Shown piece by piece: positions 57,346-64,000 of a stretch of DNA of 64,000 nt (positions within the stretch are counted from its first letter, which is position 1; each line of letters opens with the position of its first letter). Location of the stretch: NCBI RefSeq assembly GCF_009914555.1, contig NZ_WNDY01000014.1; one strand, written 5' to 3'. The DNA comes from Xylophilus sp. GTDB taxonomy: Bacteria > Pseudomonadota > Gammaproteobacteria > Burkholderiales > Burkholderiaceae_C. A program made the position numbers and the translations under genes. The notes below the pieces were generated by a model. It worked only from the letters and a program-made list of their open reading frames with translations. It did not search any database and was not told the origin of the DNA.

Positions 57346-58694
57346 CGATGACTGTCTCCCCCACGACGCCAACGACGACGACGACGACCATCCGCCTCGA
57401 CGAAAACTGGTTCGCGCGCCGCAACGCCTTCGACTGGCTGTTCGCCGCGATCGCGCTGGCCGGCGGCCTGTTCGCCTTCACGCGCTACGGCGCGTTCATG
57501 GACGGCTACGAGAAAGGCATCCTGATCGCCTCCATCCCCGCGGCCATCGGGCTGGGCTGTTTCTGGCGGCCGTTGGCGGTGCTGATGCTGGTGGTGGCCG
57601 GGCTGTCGCTCGTCGGCCTCGGCACCTACCAGGGCGACCTGGCGCGGGCCGACAGCGCCTTCCTGCTCAAGTACTTCCTTTCCAGTCAGTCGGCCATCCT
57701 GTGGATGGGCGTGCTGTTCTTCATGAGCACGGCGTTCTACGGGATCGGCCTGTTCGCGCGCGCGGGCGCCGGCGGCACGGCCGAGCTGATCGGCTCGCGG
57801 CTGGCCTGGGCGGCGGTCACCCTGGCACTGGTCGGCACGATGGTGCGCTGGTACGAGAGCTACCTGATCGGCCCCGACATCGGTCACATCCCGGTCAGCA
57901 ACCTCTACGAGGTGTTCGTGCTGTTCTGCTGGCTGACCGCCACGTTCTACCTCTACTACGAGGCCCGGTACCGCACGCGCGCGCTCGGCGCCTTCGTGCT
58001 GCTCGTCGTGAGCGCGGCCGTGGGCTTCCTGCTCTGGTACACGCTGGTGCGCGAGGCCCATGAGATCCAGCCGCTGGTGCCAGCGCTCAAGAGCTGGTGG
58101 ATGAAGCTGCACGTGCCGGCCAACTTTATTGGCTACGGCACCTTCGCGCTGTCGGCCATGGTGGCCTTCGCCTACCTGATCAAGCAGCAGGCCGCAGAGA
58201 CGCGCTGGTGGCGCCTGACGCCCATCTGGGCGCTGGGCGCGGCCCTGTGCTTCGTGCTCATCGCCTTCCGCCAGCGCGCGGCCGAGGCCGGCGGCAGCTA
58301 CTGGGTGGGCTACGCGGCCATCTCGGCGCTGATCGCGGCGGGCATCCTGCTGGGGCGCCGACGCATCGCCGTGCGCCTGCCCGCGCTCGAGGTGCTCGAC
58401 GACATGATGTACAAGGCGATCGCCGTCGGCTTCGCCTTCTTCACCATCGCCACCGTGCTTGGCGCGCTCTGGGCGGCCGAGGCCTGGGGCGGCTACTGGA
58501 GCTGGGACCCGAAGGAGACCTGGGCGCTGATCGTCTGGCTCAACTACGCGGCCTGGCTGCACATGCGGCTCATGAAGGGGCTGCGCGGCACCGTCTCGGC
58601 CTGGTGGGCGCTCGGGGGACTGGCCGTGACCACGTTCGCCTTCCTTGGCGTCAACATGTTCCTCTCGGGGCTGCACAGCTACGGAACCATTTGA
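57342..58694 (+). CDS. ccsB: Cytochrome c biogenesis protein CcsB/ResC (System II haem handling)
   Basis: 450 aa polytopic protein with the W-rich motif WAAEAWGGYWSWDPKETWALIVWL. Confidence 0.9.
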   Translation: MTMTVSPTTPTTTTTTIRLDENWFARRNAFDWLFAAIALAGGLFAFTRYGAFMDGYEKGILIASIPAAIGLGCFWRPLAVLMLVVAGLSLVGLGTYQGDLARADSAFLLKYFLSSQSAILWMGVLFFMSTAFYGIGLFARAGAGGTAELIGSRLAWAAVTLALVGTMVRWYESYLIGPDIGHIPVSNLYEVFVLFCWLTATFYLYYEARYRTRALGAFVLLVVSAAVGFLLWYTLVREAHEIQPLVPALKSWWMKLHVPANFIGYGTFALSAMVAFAYLIKQQAAETRWWRLTPIWALGAALCFVLIAFRQRAAEAGGSYWVGYAAISALIAAGILLGRRRIAVRLPALEVLDDMMYKAIAVGFAFFTIATVLGALWAAEAWGGYWSWDPKETWALIVWLNYAAWLHMRLMKGLRGTVSAWWALGGLAVTTFAFLGVNMFLSGLHSYGTI

Positions 58695-58753
58695 CGCGCC
58701 GGCAGGTCCGACGATGAGGCTGTGGGGCACCGCTCTTCCAACCAGGGCCTGCC

Positions 58754-59749
58754 ATGCATCTCCGCCGCACCGACCGCGGATTCGACCGCCCCACGCCGAG
58801 CGAGATCACGCCGCGCACGGTCTACGAGGCCCGCCGCGCCTGGCTGCGGCAGATGGCTGCCGGCGCGGCCGGCCTGCCGCTCGCGGCCTGGGCGGCGCGC
58901 GATGCGCAGGCGGCCTTCGCCAGGCCCGGCAAACTGCCTGCCTTGCAGACCGTGCCGTCCAAGGCGGCCGGCGCAGGCACCGACGAGGCGGTCACGCGCT
59001 ACGAGGACGTGACCGGCTACAACAACTACTACGAGTTCGGCCTGGGCAAGGACGACCCGGCCCGCAACGCCCACACGCTCCGGACCAGTCCGTGGACGGT
59101 CGAGATCGACGGCCTTGCGGCCAAGCCCGGCAAATACGCGATCGAGGATCTGCTCAAGCTCTCGCCGCTGGAAGACCGGATCTACCGCCTGCGCTGCGTT
59201 GAAGGCTGGTCCATGGTCATACCCTGGGCAGGATACTCGCTGAGCGCCCTGCTCAAGCGCGCTGAGCCGCTATCCTCCGCCAAGTATGTGGAATTCCACA
59301 CACTGGCCGACAAGGCGACCATGCCCTATGTGGGCTCGCGCGTGCTCGAATGGCCCTACGTCGAGGGCCTGCGCATGGACGAGGCGATGCATCCGCTCAC
59401 GCTGCTGGCCTTCGGCATGTACGGCGAGGTGCTGCCCAACCAGAACGGCGCGCCGGTGCGGCTCGTGGTGCCGTGGAAGTACGGCTTCAAGAGCGCCAAG
59501 AGCATCGTGCGTATCCGCTTCACCGACCGCGAGCCGCGCACCGCCTGGAACAAGGCCGCGCCGCAGGAATACGGCTTCTACAGCAACGTGAATCCGGACG
59601 TGGACCATCCGCGCTGGAGCCAGGCGACCGAGCGGCGCATCGGCGAGGGCGGCCTGTTCGCCAAGCGGCGCAAGACGCTGCCGTTCAACGGCTACGGCGC
59701 GCAGGTGGCGCAGCTCTACGCGGGCATGGACCTCCGCAAGCAGTTCTGA
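58754..59749 (+). CDS. msrP: Protein-methionine-sulfoxide reductase catalytic subunit MsrP (YedY)
   Basis: 331 aa with a Tat-like leader ([15 protein letters not shown]) and a molybdopterin oxidoreductase domain (YNNYYEFG...[17 protein letters not shown]...[24 protein letters not shown]). Confidence 0.92.
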   Translation: MHLRRTDRGFDRPTPSEITPRTVYEARRAWLRQMAAGAAGLPLAAWAARDAQAAFARPGKLPALQTVPSKAAGAGTDEAVTRYEDVTGYNNYYEFGLGKDDPARNAHTLRTSPWTVEIDGLAAKPGKYAIEDLLKLSPLEDRIYRLRCVEGWSMVIPWAGYSLSALLKRAEPLSSAKYVEFHTLADKATMPYVGSRVLEWPYVEGLRMDEAMHPLTLLAFGMYGEVLPNQNGAPVRLVVPWKYGFKSAKSIVRIRFTDREPRTAWNKAAPQEYGFYSNVNPDVDHPRWSQATERRIGEGGLFAKRRKTLPFNGYGAQVAQLYAGMDLRKQF

Positions 59750-60375
59750 TGGCCACCCGCGCGGCATGGCTCAAGCCGGTCGTGTTCGCGGCCGCGCTGC
59801 TGCCGTTCGCCTGGCTGGCCGGGGGGGCGGCGGCCGACACGCTGGGCGCCAACCCGGCGCAGGCCCTGGTACGCTCCATCGGCGACTGGGCGCTGCGCTT
59901 CCTCTGCCTGGCGTTGGCCGTCACGCCGCTGCGGCTGGCCACGGGTTGGGCGGTGCTGGCGCGGCTGCGGCGCATGGCCGGGCTGTTCGCGTACTTCTAC
60001 GCGGCGCTGCACCTGCTGTGCTACGCCTGGTTCGACATGGGTTTCGAGCTGCCGGACATCGCGGCCGACATCGCCAAGCGGCCGTTCATCCTGGTCGGCT
60101 TCGCGGCCTTCGTGCTGCTCACCCTGCTGGCCGCCACCTCGCCGCATGCGGCCGTGCGGGCGCTGGGCGGCCGGCGCTGGCAGGCGCTGCACCGCACGGT
60201 CTATGCGGCGGCGCTGCTCGCGCTGCTGCACTTCTGGTGGATGCGCGCGGCCAAGAACGACTTCAGCGAGGTGGCGGTCTACGCCGCCATCGTGGCGGTG
60301 CTGCTCGGGTGGCGCGTCTGGAGGCGCTGGCTCAGCCGCCCTGCACCGCGCGCAGGGGCGCCCGCACGGCGTTGA
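59749..60375 (+). CDS. msrQ: Protein-methionine-sulfoxide reductase haem-binding subunit MsrQ (YedZ)
   Basis: 208 aa with the ATG overlapping the msrP stop. Has the 6-TM ferric-reductase-like fold with conserved His residues (YFYAALHLLCY, LHRTVY, LLHFWW). Confidence 0.88.
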   Translation: MATRAAWLKPVVFAAALLPFAWLAGGAAADTLGANPAQALVRSIGDWALRFLCLALAVTPLRLATGWAVLARLRRMAGLFAYFYAALHLLCYAWFDMGFELPDIAADIAKRPFILVGFAAFVLLTLLAATSPHAAVRALGGRRWQALHRTVYAAALLALLHFWWMRAAKNDFSEVAVYAAIVAVLLGWRVWRRWLSRPAPRAGAPARR

Positions 60376-61171
60376 CCGCCGGGTCGATCTGCGCCGTGGG
60401 CAGCTGGTAGGCCCGCTGGTCGAACAGGTCCACGCCGCATTCCAGCGTTTCGATCCAGTCGAGGAAATCGGCCACCGCGCGCGCGCCCACGATGGGCGCG
60501 CCGTGCTGCGGCACCAGCATGGCGATGTCGAGCTTGCGTGCCATGTGGACCCACAGCCGCAGGATCTTGTTGCACACCATGTAGCGGCGGTGGAAGCCTT
60601 CCATGCGCGGGATGTGGTCGCGCAGCGCGCGCACCGGCCGCGCGGCTTCGGCGCCCGAGGTCATCGACGCGCCCAGGTCGCCGGTGAACAGGATGCGGCT
60701 CGCCGGATCGTAGAAATGGAAGTTGCCCTCGGCATGCATGAAGTGCGCGGGCAGCAGGTGCAGCACGCCCTGCCCCAGCGGCAGGATGCCGCCGGCGTCG
60801 GGCACGCCGACCACGCGGTCCTCGGTCTTGCCGACCTTGGCGAAGTGCGGCGCGAAGCGGGCCCACAGCCGCGAGATGACGAGCTTGGCCCGCGTGCTGG
60901 TCAGCCAGCGGTCGAGCGAGGCGATGATGTCCGGGTCGGCATGCGAGGCGAGCAGGTACGACAGCTGTTGCGGCGCGAAGAAGCGCGACATGCCGAGGTA
61001 GAGCTCGTTGAACGCCAGGTTGCCGCCCGGGTCGATCACGGCGCCCACGCCGTGGTCGACGATGAGGAACTGGTTGGCCTGCACCGCCTGGCCGTCTTCC
61101 TCGACCAGGTCGGTGAACATCAGGCAGGCATGGTGCTCGTCGCGGTACAGCTCGATGGACATGGCCGGCAC
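60332..61171 (-). CDS. MBL-fold metallo-hydrolase-like protein (function unknown)
   Basis: 279 aa, NQFLIVDHGVGAVIDPGG...LLASHADPDIIASL...FTGDLGAS, a metallo-beta-lactamase-fold pattern. The 3' end overlaps the msrQ 3' end by 44 bp. An alternative ATG lies 3 codons in. Confidence 0.75.
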   Translation of the reverse strand: MPAMSIELYRDEHHACLMFTDLVEEDGQAVQANQFLIVDHGVGAVIDPGGNLAFNELYLGMSRFFAPQQLSYLLASHADPDIIASLDRWLTSTRAKLVISRLWARFAPHFAKVGKTEDRVVGVPDAGGILPLGQGVLHLLPAHFMHAEGNFHFYDPASRILFTGDLGASMTSGAEAARPVRALRDHIPRMEGFHRRYMVCNKILRLWVHMARKLDIAMLVPQHGAPIVGARAVADFLDWIETLECGVDLFDQRAYQLPTAQIDPAVNAVRAPLRAVQGG

Positions 61172-61207
61172 TCTAGGGCTGCCCGCCGGGCCGGCCTTTG
61201 AGGCAGG

Positions 61208-62497
61208 TCAAGCCGGCAGGAGCGCCTCGTGGCGGAAGGTGTCCTCGACCGATTCGCGCGCGCGGATCAGGTGCGCCCGGCTGCCGTCCACCAGGACCTC
61301 GGCCGGCCGGGCGCGGGTGTTGTAGTTGCTGGCCATCGATGCGCAGTACGCGCCGGCCGACAGCACCGCGAGCCGGTCGCCCGGCTGCACCGCCAGCGCG
61401 CGGTCGCGGCCGAGCCAGTCGCCGCTCTCGCAGACCGGGCCGACCACGTCGTAGGTCGCGGCCGCGGCGCCTTCGCGCGGCGCCAGCGGCACGATGGCGT
61501 GGTACGCCTCGTACATCGCGGGGCGCGGCAGGTCGTTCATGGCCGCGTCGACGATGCAAAAACTCTTCTGCTCGCCGGGCTTGAGGTAGAGCACCTCGGT
61601 CACGCAGAGGCCGGCGTTGCCGACCAGCGAGCGGCCGGGCTCGATCAGGATGCGGCGCCGGCCGTAGCCGCGCGCGTCGATGCGCTCGAACAGCCGGGCC
61701 CAGAGTACGTCGGCCGCCGGCGGGTGGTCGCCGTGGTAGTCGATGCCCAGGCCGCCGCCGAAGTCGAGGTGGCGGATCGGCACATCGGCCGCTTCGATCG
61801 CGGCGACCAGATCGAGCACCCGGTCCACCGCATCGAGATATGGCGCGGCGTCGGTGATCTGCGAGCCGATGTGGCAGTCGATGCCGACCACGCGCAGGCC
61901 CGGCAGCGACGCGGCATGCCGGTAGACCGCCACGGCGCGCTCGTGCGCGATGCCGAACTTGTTGCCCTTGAGGCCGGTGGAGATGTACGGGTGCGTCTTC
62001 GCATCCACGTCGGGGTTGACGCGGATGCTGATCGGCGCGACCTTGCCGGCCTCGCGCGCGACGGCGTCGAGCACGTCGATCTCGGCCTCGCTCTCGACGT
62101 TGAAGCAGCCGATGCCGGCGGCCAGCGCGGCGCGCATCTCGGCACGGGTCTTGCCCACGCCCGAGAAGATGACCTTGGCCGGGTCGCCGCCAGCGGCGAG
62201 CACGCGCGCGAGCTCGCCGCCCGAGACGATGTCGAAGCCGCAGCCGGCGCGCGCGAACAGCTGCAGCAGCGCCAGCGACGAGTTGGCCTTCATCGCATAG
62301 CAGATCTGTGCGTCGCGCCCTGCGAAGGCGCGCTGGTAGGCCGCGAGCGCGGCCAGCATGGCGGCCTGCGAATAGACGAACAGCGGCGTGCCGTATTCGC
62401 GCGCCAGGTCGGACACGCGCACCTCCTCGGCATGCAGCTCGCCGCCACGGTAGCCGAAGAAGGGGGCGCCGGGCAGGGCGGAGGCGGCAGTCGTCAT
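61208..62497 (-). CDS. lysA: Diaminopimelate decarboxylase
   Basis: 429 aa, YAMKANSSLALLQLFA (PLP Lys), NVESEAEI, HIGSQI, DFGGGLGI, EPGRSLVGNAG and CESGD. Confidence 0.95.
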   Translation of the reverse strand: MTTAASALPGAPFFGYRGGELHAEEVRVSDLAREYGTPLFVYSQAAMLAALAAYQRAFAGRDAQICYAMKANSSLALLQLFARAGCGFDIVSGGELARVLAAGGDPAKVIFSGVGKTRAEMRAALAAGIGCFNVESEAEIDVLDAVAREAGKVAPISIRVNPDVDAKTHPYISTGLKGNKFGIAHERAVAVYRHAASLPGLRVVGIDCHIGSQITDAAPYLDAVDRVLDLVAAIEAADVPIRHLDFGGGLGIDYHGDHPPAADVLWARLFERIDARGYGRRRILIEPGRSLVGNAGLCVTEVLYLKPGEQKSFCIVDAAMNDLPRPAMYEAYHAIVPLAPREGAAAATYDVVGPVCESGDWLGRDRALAVQPGDRLAVLSAGAYCASMASNYNTRARPAEVLVDGSRAHLIRARESVEDTFRHEALLPA

Positions 62498-62706
62498 CGC
62501 GTGTTGGGAATGGAGTCGTCGGTGGCCGAGGGCGCGGGCCGGGTCGGCAGGATGGTGTCGGGCAGCGAGGCCCGGCCGGTGGCCACCGGATCGGTCGGCA
62601 GGTAGAGCGGACCCTTCTGGCCGCAGCCGGCGAGCAGGCCGGCACACACTGCCGCACTGCCTGCAAGGACAAGGGCTCTGACTAGAATTTGCCGGATTGG
62701 GACCAT
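62494..62706 (-). CDS. lptM: Small lipoprotein LptM/YifL-like
   Basis: 70 aa with lipobox [14 protein letters not shown], typical of the small lipoprotein encoded upstream of lysA. ATGA overlap with lysA. Confidence 0.7.
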   Translation of the reverse strand: MVPIRQILVRALVLAGSAAVCAGLLAGCGQKGPLYLPTDPVATGRASLPDTILPTRPAPSATDDSIPNTR

Positions 62707-62721
62707 CCGCGGATTGTAGTA

Positions 62722-63054
62722 ATGACCGACAACGAATTCCTCGATGAAGCCGAGAAGCTGCTGCTCGCCGTGGAGCAGGGCAGCGACCGCATCGGCGAGA
62801 CGACCGACGCCGACATCGACGCCCAGCGCGTCGGCGGCATGGTGACGCTGACCTTCGGCGCCAACGGCAGCCAGCTCGTGGTGAACCTGCAAAAGCCGCT
62901 GCACGAGGTCTGGCTCGCATCGCGCTCGGGCGGCTACCACTACCGCTTCGACGACCACGCCTGGCGGGACACCAAGGGCGCGGGCGAGTTCTTCGCGCAG
63001 CTCAACGCCGATGCGAGCGCGCAGGCAGGTCAGCCGCTGAAATTCGAAAAGTGA
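62722..63054 (+). CDS. cyaY: Iron-sulfur cluster assembly protein CyaY (frataxin homologue)
   Basis: 110 aa, [19 protein letters not shown]...[39 protein letters not shown]. Confidence 0.85.
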   Translation: MTDNEFLDEAEKLLLAVEQGSDRIGETTDADIDAQRVGGMVTLTFGANGSQLVVNLQKPLHEVWLASRSGGYHYRFDDHAWRDTKGAGEFFAQLNADASAQAGQPLKFEK

Positions 63055-63057
63055 TGG

Positions 63058-63103
63058 GGTATACCTTCGCAGCGCGCGGACCAAGCGCGCTGTGAAGGTA
63101 TAG
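63058..63103. terminator. Long hairpin between convergent cyaY and mrcA (bidirectional terminator candidate)
   Basis: GTATACCTTCGCAGCGCGC-ggaccaa-GCGCGCTGTGAAGGTATA, a stem of about 18 bp with one mismatch. Confidence 0.55.
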
Positions 63104-63130
63104 GGCGGTGAGTATATTGAGGCGGACCGT

Positions 63131-64000
63131 TCAGTTCCGGAACAGGTCGAGGATCTTGTTGCGCTCCTCGACCGGCGGCGGCGCCGGCGCCGCCGCCCCC
63201 GGCACGGCGGCCGGCGCGGCGTTGGCATTGTCCATGCCCAGGCTGGTCACGCCGTTGTTGCGCGCGTATTCCTCGTAGAACCATTCGCCGCCGACATTGA
63301 CCACGCCCGGCGGCACCACGGGTTCGGCCACCGGCACGTCCTTGAGCGCGCGCTCCATGAAGCCGATCCACACCGGCAGGGACAGGCCGCCGCCGGTCTC
63401 GCGGCTGCCGAGGTTGCGCGGCGTGTCGTAGCCGATCCAGCTGACCGCGGCGATCGTCTGCTGGTAGCCGGCGAACCAGGCGTCCACCGAGTCGTTGGTC
63501 GTGCCGGTCTTGCCGGCCAGGTCGTGGCGCTTGAGCGTGGCCTGCGCGCGCGCGGCCGTGCCCGCGCGGGCCACGTAGTTCAGCAGATCGTTCATGATGA
63601 AGGCGTTGCGCGCCTCGATCGTGCGGCGGCTCTCGTCGAGCGCCGGCGGGCGCGTCTCGGCGATCGTGCGGCCCTTGAAGTCGGTGATGCGCGCGATGAT
63701 CCACGGGTTGACGCGGTAGCCGCCGTTGGCGAAGACCGAATAGGCGCTGACCATCTGCATCGGCGTGACCGAGCCGGCGCCCAGCGCCATCGGCAGGTAG
63801 GCCGGATGCTTCTCGGCCTCGAAGCCGAAGTGGGTGATCCATTCCTGCGCGCGCTTGGTGCCCACGGCCTGCAGCAGCCGGATCGACACCATGTTCTTGG
63901 ACTTGCCCAGGGCGGTGCGCAGCGTCATCGGGCCGTCGAACTTGCCGTCGTAGTTCTTGGGTTCCCACGGCTGGCCGCCGGTGGTGCCGGCATCGAAGAA
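63131..64000 (-). CDS. mrcA: Penicillin-binding protein 1A, C-terminal part (gene continues beyond the right edge)
   Basis: The frame is open to the window end. Contains ...WEPKNYDGKFDGPMTLRTALGKSKNMVSIRLL...LAGKTGTTNDSVDAWFAGY (KTG motif of the transpeptidase domain). Confidence 0.9.
   Translation of the reverse strand, partial: FFDAGTTGGQPWEPKNYDGKFDGPMTLRTALGKSKNMVSIRLLQAVGTKRAQEWITHFGFEAEKHPAYLPMALGAGSVTPMQMVSAYSVFANGGYRVNPWIIARITDFKGRTIAETRPPALDESRRTIEARNAFIMNDLLNYVARAGTAARAQATLKRHDLAGKTGTTNDSVDAWFAGYQQTIAAVSWIGYDTPRNLGSRETGGGLSLPVWIGFMERALKDVPVAEPVVPPGVVNVGGEWFYEEYARNNGVTSLGMDNANAAPAAVPGAAAPAPPPVEERNKILDLFRN

Noticed and set aside
60332-60375. 44-bp convergent 3' overlap of msrQ and the MBL-fold gene as a regulatory antisense arrangement
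   Set aside because: Short convergent overlaps are common in compact high-GC genomes. Both C-termini are poorly conserved tails, so there is nothing further to support a function.

Overview
High-GC (roughly 68-70%) chromosomal core region. Gene content and synteny (gmk-rpoZ-spoT, lysA-lptM/cyaY/mrcA, msrPQ, resB-ccsB) look like a betaproteobacterium of the Burkholderiales, possibly Comamonadaceae; that assignment is inference. The left half (1-32.9 kb) is a flagellar/chemotaxis regulon: cheY (partial)-motB-motA, two divergent flagellin paralogues, fliD-fliS-fliT, fliE, fliFGHIJK, a Dpp/Opp-type ABC peptide-transporter operon that splits the fli cluster, fliLMNOPQR, a small orphan antitoxin-like ORF, a REC-HisKA_3 kinase with a NarL-type regulator, and a second che cluster (CheZ-like ORF, cheY, cheA, cheW, a cheR'/'cheD deletion remnant, cheB). 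The right half is housekeeping: a heat-shock-type unit (two Hsp20 genes, a GT4 glycosyltransferase, a GDE-like glucosidase), rnk, TRAP dctQMP, tonB-exbB-exbD-exbD, gmk-rpoZ-spoT, greB, two frameshifted oxidoreductase genes, metK, two lipid A late acyltransferases, engB, cytochrome c4, resB-ccsB, msrPQ, an MBL-fold protein, lysA-lptM, cyaY and the 3' part of mrcA. I found no tRNA, rRNA, CRISPR array, transposase, integrase, prophage or recognisable defence genes, and no convincing wholly new multi-gene system. Essentially every long real ORF has a recognisable family. The observations most worth a second look are: (1) a mirror-symmetric flagellin pair with a 178-bp perfect and a 325-bp near-perfect inverted repeat around a central palindrome; (2) a short CheZ-like protein carrying the FQDxxxQ phosphatase motif; (3) a cheR'/'cheD deletion scar; (4) a sigma-32-type promoter and SD-sequestering hairpins ahead of the Hsp20-Hsp20-GT4-GDE unit; (5) two adjacent single-base frameshifts; (6) a REP-like intergenic element present twice. 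Many very long ORFs in the supplied track are antisense or read-through artefacts of high GC. Internal start coordinates were derived by codon counting from the track and carry start-codon uncertainty.
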